The position numbers and the translations under genes were made by a program. Shown here in pieces: positions 39,451 through 48,487 of a stretch of 64,000 nt of DNA (position 1 is its first letter; each line of letters begins with the position of its first letter). The stretch covers positions 22,151 through 86,150 of the forward strand of contig CAYNRJ010000002.1 in NCBI GenBank assembly GCA_964399865.1, read 5' to 3'. The notes under the pieces were generated by a model. It saw only the letters and a program-made list of their open reading frames with translations, searched no databases and was not told where the DNA came from. The stretch is from an uncultured Candidatus Saccharibacteria bacterium. Lineage in GTDB: Bacteria; Patescibacteriota; Minisyncoccia; Phycocordibacterales; UBA2100.

Positions 39451-40128
39451 ATGGGCTCTAAAGTCATCGCTGTAGCTGCCATTAGACCTTGGAATATCAA
39501 GGAATTTAAGGCCTGGAAGGCCCCAAAAGGCTATAAGAAGGTCCTTATCCAGAATCCGAAGGAGCTGACCCTTACAAGGCTCAAAAAGCTCAATCCCCGC
39601 TACGTTTTCTTCCCTCATTGGTCGTGGATCATCCCAAAAGAGGTACATGAAAACTTCGAATGCGTACTATTTCACATGACCGACCTTCCGTTCGGCCGCG
39701 GCGGGAGCCCAATGCAAAATCTGATCGCGCGCGGAATATACAAAACAAAAGTGTCTGCGATTCGCGTTGCGGAGGGACTCGATACGGGTGATGTGTACCT
39801 TAAACATCCGTTCAATATAAAAGAAGGAAGTGCGGAAGAGCTCTTCGGAAAACTTTCCAAGATCATTTTCAAAATGATGAGCGATATCCTCCGGCTTGAA
39901 CCAAAACCAATTCCACAAAAAGGGAAACCGGTTATTTTCAAACGCCGAAATTCAGCAGAAAGTGAGATTCCCGCAGATGTACATGGAAGAAAACTCTACG
40001 ATTTTATTCGCATGCTTGATGCGCCGGAATATCCGGCCGCGTTCATCAAAAATGGCTCTGGGCGGATCATCCTTCGTCGCGCTAGAATGAGAGGGAAGAC
40101 AGTGACCGCAGATGCTGAATTCGAATAA
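39451..40128 (+). CDS. Formyltransferase-fold protein (Fmt/PurN-like N-terminal domain)
   Basis: FHMTDLPFGRGGSPMQNLIARG matches the H-x-SLLP-x-xRG formyltransferase motif. Confidence 0.6.
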   Translation: MGSKVIAVAAIRPWNIKEFKAWKAPKGYKKVLIQNPKELTLTRLKKLNPRYVFFPHWSWIIPKEVHENFECVLFHMTDLPFGRGGSPMQNLIARGIYKTKVSAIRVAEGLDTGDVYLKHPFNIKEGSAEELFGKLSKIIFKMMSDILRLEPKPIPQKGKPVIFKRRNSAESEIPADVHGRKLYDFIRMLDAPEYPAAFIKNGSGRIILRRARMRGKTVTADAEFE

Positions 40129-40138
40129 ATTTCTAACT

Positions 40139-40828
40139 ATGAAGAACAAAACATCCGTACTTGTAATTGCCGCTCATCCTGACGATGAGGTTTTAGGTTG
40201 TGGTGGCGCTATCGCGCGGCATATCGAAGAGGGAGATTCCGTAACCGTCGTCATTCTTGGTGAAGGAATCGCATCTCGCGCAGGTACGCCCGAGTCAACA
40301 GTGAAAAAGCTCCAGGAGGCGCTCTATAAAGATGCGCACAAAGCAAATACTATTCTTGGGGTAAAGGATCTTATTTTGAAAGGGCTTCCCGACAATCAGT
40401 TCGACAGCGTCCCGCTTCTTTCCGTCGTTCACGAGATAGAGTCCGTGATCCATGAGGTGAATCCGACCGTGATCTATACGCATCATGGAAGTGATACGAA
40501 TGTAGATCACCGTGTTGTCTCTGAAGCTGTTGCTGCGGCTGTGAGACCAATGCCGGATAATGCCATAGAAGAAGTGCGCGCGTTCGAAGTTCCCTCCTCA
40601 AGCGAGTGGAATTTTACGAGACCGCTTTTTAGACCGCAGGTATTCGTAGCTCTTACTGAAAAGCAGTTGAAAAAGAAAATTACAGCAATGAATGCATACA
40701 AGTCGGAAGTTCGCGCATTCCCACACCCACGCTCGCCGGAATATCTAGAATCTCTTGCTCGAGTACGCGGTGGACAATCGGGTACAAATGCAGCGGAAGC
40801 GTTCGAGCTTGTATATAGAAGGATATGA
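40139..40828 (+). CDS. PIG-L/LmbE-family N-deacetylase
   Basis: VLVIAAHPDDEVLGCGG metal-binding motif. Confidence 0.75.
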   Translation: MKNKTSVLVIAAHPDDEVLGCGGAIARHIEEGDSVTVVILGEGIASRAGTPESTVKKLQEALYKDAHKANTILGVKDLILKGLPDNQFDSVPLLSVVHEIESVIHEVNPTVIYTHHGSDTNVDHRVVSEAVAAAVRPMPDNAIEEVRAFEVPSSSEWNFTRPLFRPQVFVALTEKQLKKKITAMNAYKSEVRAFPHPRSPEYLESLARVRGGQSGTNAAEAFELVYRRI

Positions 40829-41463
40829 AGATCACGATACTAGTCGATACTCCGCAGAGTTGGATAGTCCCATACGCGCAAACACTCGAATCAAACCTTC
40901 ATTCGCTGGGGCACGATGCCTCATTGGTGCACGCAGCAAATAAAATAGAGTCAGGCGACATCGCCTTTTTCCTCTCGTGCGAGCGAATTATCCCTGTTTC
41001 CATTTTGAGAAAGAACAAACACAATCTTGTTGTACACGAAAGCGCTCTTCCTAAGGGAAAAGGATGGTCGCCGATGACGTGGCAAGTCCTCGAAGGTAAG
41101 AGGAAGATCCCGGTCACACTCTTTGAGGCAGCAGAGTCCGTTGATAGCGGAGTTATTTACGCACAAAACTCAATAGCGCTTACGGGTAGCGAATTGGTTG
41201 ACGAGCTTCGCGAGAAGCAGGGGAAAGCGACAATTGCCCTCGCCCTTTCGTTTGTTCGCAAGTATCCAGTAATTCGCGGCAAGAAACAAAGCGGGAGGGC
41301 TACGTTTTATCCTCGAAGAAAACCGAAGGACAGTGAGCTTGATCCAAATAAAACAATCGCGGAGCAGTTCGATCTTCTTCGTGTCGTCGATAACGAACGA
41401 TATCCGGCATTTTTCAAATATCGCGGGCACGAGTATGTGCTGAAGATTTCCAAAAGAAAGTAA
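40825..41463 (+). CDS. Formyltransferase-fold protein, second copy
   Basis: VVHESALPKGKGWSPMTW matches the formyltransferase core motif. Confidence 0.55.
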   Translation: MKITILVDTPQSWIVPYAQTLESNLHSLGHDASLVHAANKIESGDIAFFLSCERIIPVSILRKNKHNLVVHESALPKGKGWSPMTWQVLEGKRKIPVTLFEAAESVDSGVIYAQNSIALTGSELVDELREKQGKATIALALSFVRKYPVIRGKKQSGRATFYPRRKPKDSELDPNKTIAEQFDLLRVVDNERYPAFFKYRGHEYVLKISKRK

Positions 41464-41464
41464 T

Positions 41465-42544
41465 ATGAAAACTCCTGCAATCACCATAGGGAAAAGAAAG
41501 GTGGGGCCCGGGCACCCATGTTTTGTGATCGCGGAAGTTTCTGCAAATCACCATCAGAAATACGAGGAAGCTGAGGCAATTATTCGCGCGGCAAAAGAAG
41601 CGGGAGCAGATGCGGTAAAGCTCCAAACATATACGCCTGATACGATGACGATTGATTCAGATAAAAAATGGTTCTTCTTGGGGGGAAAAGACACACCGGA
41701 ATCTTGGAAGAAAACCAATCTCTACAAACTCTACGGCACCGCATACACACCCTGGGAATGGCAGCCGAAATTGAAGAAGTTTGCAGAAAGCCTTGGTCTT
41801 ATATTCTTCTCGACACCCTTTGATGCGACGGCGGTGGATTTTCTAGATAAGATGAAAGTACCTTGTTACAAGATCGCCTCCTACGAAGCGACGGATATTC
41901 CGCTCCTCAAGAAAATCGCTTCAACAAAAAAGCCCGTCATCATGTCAATAGGCTTTGCTGAGCTCTCTGAGGTCAAGGACTCTATGAAAGCGCTTCGCGG
42001 TGCAGGAGCAAAAGAAATCGCAGTCCTCCACTGCGTGACCGCATACTCCGGAGATCCAAAACCCGAGTTTATGAATTTAAATACTATCCAAGATATCGCT
42101 AAGCGTTTCAATGTAGTAAGCGGATTTTCAGATAACAATGCGGGTATCGAGGCGCCTATCGCGGCGGTGTATGCGGGCGCATCAATAGTGGAGAAGCATG
42201 TGACGCTTGATAGAAAGCTTGGCGGACCTGATGCGCGATTTTCTATAGAACCACAGGAACTAGCGGAGATGGTGCGTGGAATTAGGCGTGCTGAAAGCGC
42301 ACTTGGGAAAGTCCAATACGGTCCTGTAAACGAAGACGAGAAGAATTATAAAAATCTGCGCAGATCTCTTTTTGCCGTCGCAGATATACAGAAGGGCGAG
42401 AAATTTACGGCAAAGAACACACGAGTTATCCGCCCGGCATACGGTCTTCCGCCCAAAGAGTACGATAGAGTTATCGGGAAGCGCGCTGCTCGTAGTATAG
42501 AGCGAGGGGAGCCGCTTACCAAGAAAGACATTACACGCTCATGA
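41465..42544 (+). CDS. pseI: Nonulosonic acid synthase (NeuB/PseI/LegI family; PEP-condensing TIM barrel plus C-terminal SAF domain)
   Basis: ...CFVIAEVSANH...KLQTY.. N-terminus, and C-terminal ...GEKFT..N.RVIRP SAF-domain motif. The pseI symbol rests only on adjacency to pseB and pseC. Confidence 0.75.
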   Translation: MKTPAITIGKRKVGPGHPCFVIAEVSANHHQKYEEAEAIIRAAKEAGADAVKLQTYTPDTMTIDSDKKWFFLGGKDTPESWKKTNLYKLYGTAYTPWEWQPKLKKFAESLGLIFFSTPFDATAVDFLDKMKVPCYKIASYEATDIPLLKKIASTKKPVIMSIGFAELSEVKDSMKALRGAGAKEIAVLHCVTAYSGDPKPEFMNLNTIQDIAKRFNVVSGFSDNNAGIEAPIAAVYAGASIVEKHVTLDRKLGGPDARFSIEPQELAEMVRGIRRAESALGKVQYGPVNEDEKNYKNLRRSLFAVADIQKGEKFTAKNTRVIRPAYGLPPKEYDRVIGKRAARSIERGEPLTKKDITRS

Positions 42545-44328
42545 CATTTTCCACTCTCAAACGATTCTTTAAAGCATTCCGGCGATACCGGCTTCATATC
42601 GCTATTTTGATAGTCCTCGGTTTCCTTGGCGGGATTCTCGAGGGCGTTGGCATCAGCGCCATCATTCCATTATTTGCGCTCCTTGCAGGTGAAGGTACAG
42701 GTGAATTAAACGCAATCTCCAAGATTATCGTGGGTGCTTTCGATTATTTTCCGTTCCCTTATTCCGCGGAGTCACTTCTCATCATGGTCGTCGTCTTTTT
42801 CGCGCTACGCGCGGTCGTCATGGTCACGTTTAATTACCTACGCGCACGAGTAGGCGCGAGCTTTATGGTGCGTACCATGAACGAAGTTTTGGAAAAAGTA
42901 TTGCGGGCTGAGTGGGGGTATCTCTTGAAGCAACGGCTTGGCTATGCGGAAACGATATTCCTTCGCGATATTCGTCAGGCGTCCGCGTTGCTTGAATCAG
43001 TAAGTCAGGCAGTTCTGGTGTTCACGAACCTCATCATTTATGTCGTTCTTGCCTTCTATATATCGGCTCCAATTACCCTTATTACAACAGTAGCGGGGGC
43101 CGTACTGCTTCTCTTCCTGCAGCCGGTTCGAACGATGACTCGTAAAATTGCTGATGTTGCCTCTACGGCAGAAAAGGGGATGGCTCATTTCATCAGTGAG
43201 CACGTCCTTGGTGTAAAAACAGTCAAAGCAACAGGGACTGAATATGCGGTGTTTAAAAAGGGAACAGGCTTCTTCGATACGCTTAAACGAGTTCTTATCA
43301 GAAGTTCGTTCGTACAATCTGCTGGTAGTGCGGTCGTGCAGCCGCTCGCTCTCATCTTTATCGCCTCCGTCTTTCTCTATTTCCACAATGTAAACGCGGC
43401 AAACCTCGGCGCGTTCCTAGTCCTGGTCTACCTGATCCAAAAAATATTCGTGTACGTCGAAGCAGGGCAGAGCACGCTCCACGCTGTGTACGAAAAATTG
43501 CCGTATGCGACCGCGCTCCTTTCGTTCCGAGACGATTTGGTTGCGCATCAAGAGAAATCATCTGGCACGGAACCATTCTCGTTCTCCTCTGATTTATCGT
43601 TCAAGAATGTTGGATTTGCATACGAAAGTGGCGCGGCAGTCCTGACAAATGTTGATTTCACTGTGCGAAAGGGCGAAATGGTTGGACTCATTGGGCCCTC
43701 GGGTGCAGGGAAAACGTCTGTTGCGGATCTTATTCTTCGTTTCTTTACAGCTACGAATGGCAGTGTCGAGCTCGATGGCGTTCCCGTCGGACAGTTCAAT
43801 CTGAGTGAATGGCGACACAAGGTGGGTTACGTATCTCAAGATCAATTCCTCCTATCGGATACGGTGAAAAATAATATTCGATTCTATGATGACTCTGTGT
43901 CTGATGAGGCGATCGAGCGAGCGCTAAAAATGGCACACTGCAAAGAATTCATAGATAAACTTCCAGAAGGCATCGATACTCTGGTAGGTGAGCGCGGAGT
44001 GCGCCTCTCAGCTGGTCAGCGTCAGCGCATCATGCTCGCGCGCGTTCTAGCGAGAGAGCCGGCGATGCTCATTCTCGATGAAGCAACGAGCGCACTCGAC
44101 AATGAATCCGAGAAGCATGTGCAGCAGGCGATCGATGACCTTCGAGGAAAGGTCACGATGTTCATAATTGCACATCGATTATCGACCGTGACGCACGTCG
44201 ACAACATTCTTGTCCTCAAGGACGGAAAAATTGCTGAGAGTGGATCTCCAGAGAAACTACTCGCTGATACAAATTCGTACTTCTACAAAATGCATCACAT
44301 AAAAGGTGGCGCGGATCTTCTTACCTAA
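42541..44328 (+). CDS. ABC transporter, fused permease and ATPase (MsbA/exporter type)
   Basis: Six N-terminal TM helices. Walker A GPSGAGKTS, signature LSAGQRQR, Walker B ILDEATSALD, H-loop IAHRLST. Confidence 0.85.
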   Translation: MTFSTLKRFFKAFRRYRLHIAILIVLGFLGGILEGVGISAIIPLFALLAGEGTGELNAISKIIVGAFDYFPFPYSAESLLIMVVVFFALRAVVMVTFNYLRARVGASFMVRTMNEVLEKVLRAEWGYLLKQRLGYAETIFLRDIRQASALLESVSQAVLVFTNLIIYVVLAFYISAPITLITTVAGAVLLLFLQPVRTMTRKIADVASTAEKGMAHFISEHVLGVKTVKATGTEYAVFKKGTGFFDTLKRVLIRSSFVQSAGSAVVQPLALIFIASVFLYFHNVNAANLGAFLVLVYLIQKIFVYVEAGQSTLHAVYEKLPYATALLSFRDDLVAHQEKSSGTEPFSFSSDLSFKNVGFAYESGAAVLTNVDFTVRKGEMVGLIGPSGAGKTSVADLILRFFTATNGSVELDGVPVGQFNLSEWRHKVGYVSQDQFLLSDTVKNNIRFYDDSVSDEAIERALKMAHCKEFIDKLPEGIDTLVGERGVRLSAGQRQRIMLARVLAREPAMLILDEATSALDNESEKHVQQAIDDLRGKVTMFIIAHRLSTVTHVDNILVLKDGKIAESGSPEKLLADTNSYFYKMHHIKGGADLLT

Positions 44329-44330
44329 CT

Positions 44331-45608
44331 ATGGACGTTGCGAATATAACACTGGGCAATCTCGAGCTTACGAGGATCTTCTTTGCTCTCGTGCTTCTCC
44401 TTGCGGCAGCGCACGGTGTCGGGTATTTCTTCAAGCGTCTCCTCAAGGCACCGAAAGTTATTGGAGAGATCCTCGGGGGGCTTCTTCTTGGTCCCACGGT
44501 TCTCGGATTCTTTTTCCCTGAAGCGTACACATGGACATTCAATGCATTCCCAGGAGAGGGTCAGATCATCTCCCTTATCTATTGGATAGGGCTTGTTCTT
44601 CTCATGTTTATTTCTGGTTTTGAGATCCAGAAATCTGTCAGCGGTGACGATAAGCGAATAATCACGACACTTTTACTTGGCGCCACGACGGTGCCATTTC
44701 TTATTGGATGGTTTGCGCCGAACTTCTTTGATTTCACTCCGTATCTAGGAACAAAAGGGAATATGCTCGCGTTCACTATCGTTCTTGCGATAGCAATCGC
44801 GGTGACGTCGATTCCCGTCATTTCAAAGATATTCATCGACCTTGGTGCGATAGGGACGCGTTTTGCAAAGATAGTCATCGCGACAGCGACTGTGGAGGAT
44901 GTGATTTTGTGGGTAGCGCTTGCGGTAGCAACGGGGCTTGTAGGAGGCGCGGTATTTTCTGTCTCAAGTATTATCGTAAATGTAGGCATTATCCTGGCGT
45001 TTTTTGCAGCAGCGCTGCTCCTTTTCCCAAAGGTGTTCGCATTTCTAAACAAATCTCGTTACAACCTCGTCATAAAATCCTCGGCGACTGGGTACGTACT
45101 CCTCGTGTGTTTTCTTTTTGCCGCGATCGCGAGCTTCCTCAATGTGAATATTATTTTCGGGGCGTTTCTCGCCGGAATCGTGGTTGGTATGGCGAGCGAT
45201 GAACAGGTGAGTAAGGTGAAAGTGCACATACGGGAAATGGGGATGGGATTTTTCGTACCGATATATTTTGCGATCGTAGGACTCAAACTCGACCTCATCA
45301 ATCACCTCGACATCATGTTCTTCCTCGGCTTTCTCGTCTTCGCAGTCATCGTGAAAATGCTCGGAACTATGATCGCCGCGAAATTGGCACGACTTGATAC
45401 TTTCTCAAGCTTTAACTTTGCTGTTGCGATGAACACTCGCGGTGGACCGGGGATTGTGCTAGCGACGGTCGCCTTTGATCTCGGAATCATCAACGAAGGA
45501 TTTTTCTCTGTACTTGTTCTTACAGCGGTTGTGACCTCTCTCGCGGCGGGATACTGGTTTAGGTATGTGCTCGGAAAGGGATGGGGTCTCTTAAAGGGCG
45601 CTGCCTAG
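44331..45608 (+). CDS. Cation:proton antiporter (CPA2 / Na+-H+ exchanger family)
   Basis: Polytopic protein; ...VIGEILGGLLLGPTVLGF... matches the Na_H_Exchanger N-terminal signature. Confidence 0.8.
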   Translation: MDVANITLGNLELTRIFFALVLLLAAAHGVGYFFKRLLKAPKVIGEILGGLLLGPTVLGFFFPEAYTWTFNAFPGEGQIISLIYWIGLVLLMFISGFEIQKSVSGDDKRIITTLLLGATTVPFLIGWFAPNFFDFTPYLGTKGNMLAFTIVLAIAIAVTSIPVISKIFIDLGAIGTRFAKIVIATATVEDVILWVALAVATGLVGGAVFSVSSIIVNVGIILAFFAAALLLFPKVFAFLNKSRYNLVIKSSATGYVLLVCFLFAAIASFLNVNIIFGAFLAGIVVGMASDEQVSKVKVHIREMGMGFFVPIYFAIVGLKLDLINHLDIMFFLGFLVFAVIVKMLGTMIAAKLARLDTFSSFNFAVAMNTRGGPGIVLATVAFDLGIINEGFFSVLVLTAVVTSLAAGYWFRYVLGKGWGLLKGAA

Positions 45609-45615
45609 GTTTTTC

Positions 45616-46131
45616 TTAAAGGCTGAGAAATTCTGTAAGTTTCTCAATGCCTTGCTCGATACTGACTTCGTTTGTCTTTATTGTTATCTCGGGATTAATC
45701 GGTTTTTCGTATGGATTTTTATCACTCATGCCGATGAGGTCGTCTTTCTCACCCGCTTTCGCTTTTGCATAGAGTCCTTTTGTATCGCGTGCGATACAGA
45801 CTTCGAGGGGGCAATCGATAAAGACTTCAATGTAGCCTTCCCCGATTATTTGTCTTGATCGTGCTCTATCTTCCAAGAAAGGTGAGATGACGGAAACAAG
45901 TACGAAATCATTCGAGGCAGCTTTTTCTTTCGCATATTCTGCAATGAGTCGGTTGTTCTCGCGAATATCGTCGCGAGAGAATCCGTGTTTGTGTCCGTGC
46001 ATCTTTCGCACTTCGTCGCCATCGAGCAAGTAGGCTGACTTTTCGATTTTCTTCAAGGTAGTGTGGAGAGCGTTTGCAAGCGTTGATTTGCCTGAGCCGC
46101 TTAAACCTGTGAACCACAACACTTTTCCCAT
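45616..46131 (-). CDS. cysC: Adenylyl-sulfate (APS) kinase
   Basis: VLWFTGLSGSGKSTLA P-loop; about 171 aa. Immediately downstream of the sulfurylase fusion gene. Confidence 0.85.
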   Translation of the reverse strand: MGKVLWFTGLSGSGKSTLANALHTTLKKIEKSAYLLDGDEVRKMHGHKHGFSRDDIRENNRLIAEYAKEKAASNDFVLVSVISPFLEDRARSRQIIGEGYIEVFIDCPLEVCIARDTKGLYAKAKAGEKDDLIGMSDKNPYEKPINPEITIKTNEVSIEQGIEKLTEFLSL

Positions 46132-46134
46132 GGA

Positions 46135-48393
46135 TTATTCTACAAACACTTTCTTCCCTTTTTTAATCAAGTCGAGAATTAGCTCTGAAATCTCAGGTCG
46201 CATGAACCACTCCGGAAGCTTTTTGCCCGAAAGGAGAGTCTTTCTCGCTTCAGTTCCGCTGATGTGTAGCTTTTCACCCTCGTTGTGTTTGGAGGTGTCG
46301 TCAGCTTCATGCACGTGCCTACGCTCCTTCTCTGAATAAAAAACGTGATTGAACTTTACCGGTACAATTCCAAGATCTGGGAATTTCTCGAAGATATCGT
46401 GAGATGCGGTCGGGGCGTAGAAATTACCTACGCCAGTGTGATCGCGGCCGATAATAAAATGACTGCATCCAAAATTCTGCCGACAGATCGCAGTAAACAA
46501 TGCCTCGCGCGGACCAGCGTAGCGAGAGAACGTCGCGTATGTACCAAATACGGCACTGTGTTTACGATAAAACTGCTTCATCATAAGCGCGTATGATGCG
46601 ACAATCGTCTCCGCTTCAAAGTCACCTTTTTTCTTCTTTCCAACAATAGGATGAATAAAAAGTCCATCAGCAAAGGATCGGCGTAGGGCCTCGAGTTGGA
46701 TAAACTCGTGTCCCCTGTGTATTGCGTTTCGTGTATGGAAGGCAACTATCTTTGCCCAGCCGCGATCAACGAAGAGTCGGCGAGATTGTCTTGGGGTAAG
46801 TTCGTAGCGTTTTGTTGGAGAATCAAAACGTTTGAGAAGAGTTATTTTTCCAGCAAGAAAGAGTGGCTTCATTGTTAGCGCTTCGGCGACACCGGGGTGA
46901 GCTGGGTCTTTCGTACCGTACATTTTCTGAACGAATTTTTCCCTGTCGTACGTATATTTTTCTTTGAGATGAAGTATGCCGACCGTCTCTCCTTTTTTAT
47001 TCGTAAGAGCCACGTCCTGCTTTAGTTTCATTTTCTTTGCTTCCTCCTCACTGGCATCCAAAACAATCGGCATAGGCCAAATGACGCCGTTTGCGAGCCG
47101 CATGCGAGAAAGCACAGATTCAAGGTCTTTTTTACCAAGGAATCCTTCAAGTGGACTGAACGTGCCGATCGCGATCTGTTCGATATCCATGTGCTGTTCG
47201 TCGGTAATCTGAAGAGTATGCAATCCCTTCTTTGGAGTGTAGGAAGAATCCGCTACCCTATCGACGAGAACGCCGCCATTTGGCTCTACCAACGCTGATT
47301 CACTACTTCCGGAGAGCAGGTAGTCGCCTGTATCAAGCTGTTTTACATACGGAAGACCAACTGGGCGAACTTTCGCAGGGACGAATCTTTCCGCCTGGTC
47401 AATCAGTTTATTGATCGTTGTAATAACTTCGATCGGGTATTTGCCTATAGCGGTTTCCGCTGCGAGCGTGAGTCCATATGCACCATCAAGAATTGTTTGG
47501 ATAACATCGTGTACTTCCGCTCGAGTCGGATTCTTCTTTTGTACCATTGATTCGAGCAGGTTCGTCGCAACGAAGACACCTTTTTTCTTTTTACGCGCTC
47601 TGTCCATGACGATCTTTTGTGTGAAAGGTATGCGCTCGATCGGGACCTCACGGCTCAAGTCTCCGCGGTCTATGAGGAGGAAATCAGACTTATCGATGAT
47701 CTTATCTAGAGATTCGAGTGCTTCGACGCATTCGATCTTGGAAATTATTTTCATGCGATTCTTCGACACCTTACGGACGAGGTCGACTGTTTCCGGGGAA
47801 CGAACAAACGACACAGCGATATGCTCGACCCCTTCCTTAAGAGCGATCTGTATCGCTTCAAGGTCTTTCGGCGAAAGGGCAGGGAGGTCGTATTTCTTCT
47901 TTGAAGCAGAATCGATGACGACACCCTTATTCATTCCCATCTGACCGCCTGTGATCGCTGACGCGACTACATAACCGTTTGTCTTGAGTGGCGAAATATC
48001 CAGCACCCGAAACACCAGCGAGTCGAAATCTACATAGATAAGGTCGCCTTCCTCCAATTGCGTAACGATATTCCCCGGTCGAAGCGACATGCGAGTTTTA
48101 TCTCCCACTATCTCTTCTTTATAAATATTGACGATATCGCCCTCTTCAATCGAGACTTCTCGATTTGCTATTGCGCCATTACGAACCTGAGAGCCTTCAG
48201 TGTCGAGAATGAATGGAACGCCGACCTCGCGTGCCATTTTCATAAAACGTCGCTGGTCTTCTATGCTCGAGTGCGACATATTTACACGCACGAAATCGAC
48301 TCCGCGGTCTTTAAGCATTCGCAGGCTCTCCTCTGTGTTAGTGGAGGGTCCGAGCGTGACGACTATCTTTGTTTTTGTAGAATGTTTCCCCAT
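46135..48393 (-). CDS. sat: Fusion protein: N-terminal pyruvate kinase catalytic domains (about 370 aa, no C-terminal regulatory domain) joined to a full-length C-terminal sulfate adenylyltransferase (ATP sulfurylase)
   Basis: PK motifs KTKIVVTLGP, VNMSHS, KIISKIEC (catalytic Lys context), IDRGDLSREVP, ATNLLESM, AAETAIGKYP. The Sat part has the N-terminal PUA-like domain (...GTFSPLEGFLGKKD...VIWPMPIVLD) and the QTRN/HRAH-type motif FHTRNAIHRGHEF, plus GRDHTGVG. Confidence 0.8.
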   Translation of the reverse strand: MGKHSTKTKIVVTLGPSTNTEESLRMLKDRGVDFVRVNMSHSSIEDQRRFMKMAREVGVPFILDTEGSQVRNGAIANREVSIEEGDIVNIYKEEIVGDKTRMSLRPGNIVTQLEEGDLIYVDFDSLVFRVLDISPLKTNGYVVASAITGGQMGMNKGVVIDSASKKKYDLPALSPKDLEAIQIALKEGVEHIAVSFVRSPETVDLVRKVSKNRMKIISKIECVEALESLDKIIDKSDFLLIDRGDLSREVPIERIPFTQKIVMDRARKKKKGVFVATNLLESMVQKKNPTRAEVHDVIQTILDGAYGLTLAAETAIGKYPIEVITTINKLIDQAERFVPAKVRPVGLPYVKQLDTGDYLLSGSSESALVEPNGGVLVDRVADSSYTPKKGLHTLQITDEQHMDIEQIAIGTFSPLEGFLGKKDLESVLSRMRLANGVIWPMPIVLDASEEEAKKMKLKQDVALTNKKGETVGILHLKEKYTYDREKFVQKMYGTKDPAHPGVAEALTMKPLFLAGKITLLKRFDSPTKRYELTPRQSRRLFVDRGWAKIVAFHTRNAIHRGHEFIQLEALRRSFADGLFIHPIVGKKKKGDFEAETIVASYALMMKQFYRKHSAVFGTYATFSRYAGPREALFTAICRQNFGCSHFIIGRDHTGVGNFYAPTASHDIFEKFPDLGIVPVKFNHVFYSEKERRHVHEADDTSKHNEGEKLHISGTEARKTLLSGKKLPEWFMRPEISELILDLIKKGKKVFVE

Positions 48394-48487
48394 AAGCCCC
48401 TCCGTGTTTTCGTGGCCTCTTTATCGAGGTCAGCTTCTCTTGCTTGCTAGCGAAATATACTACTAATTACGCCATAAATCTACGTTC

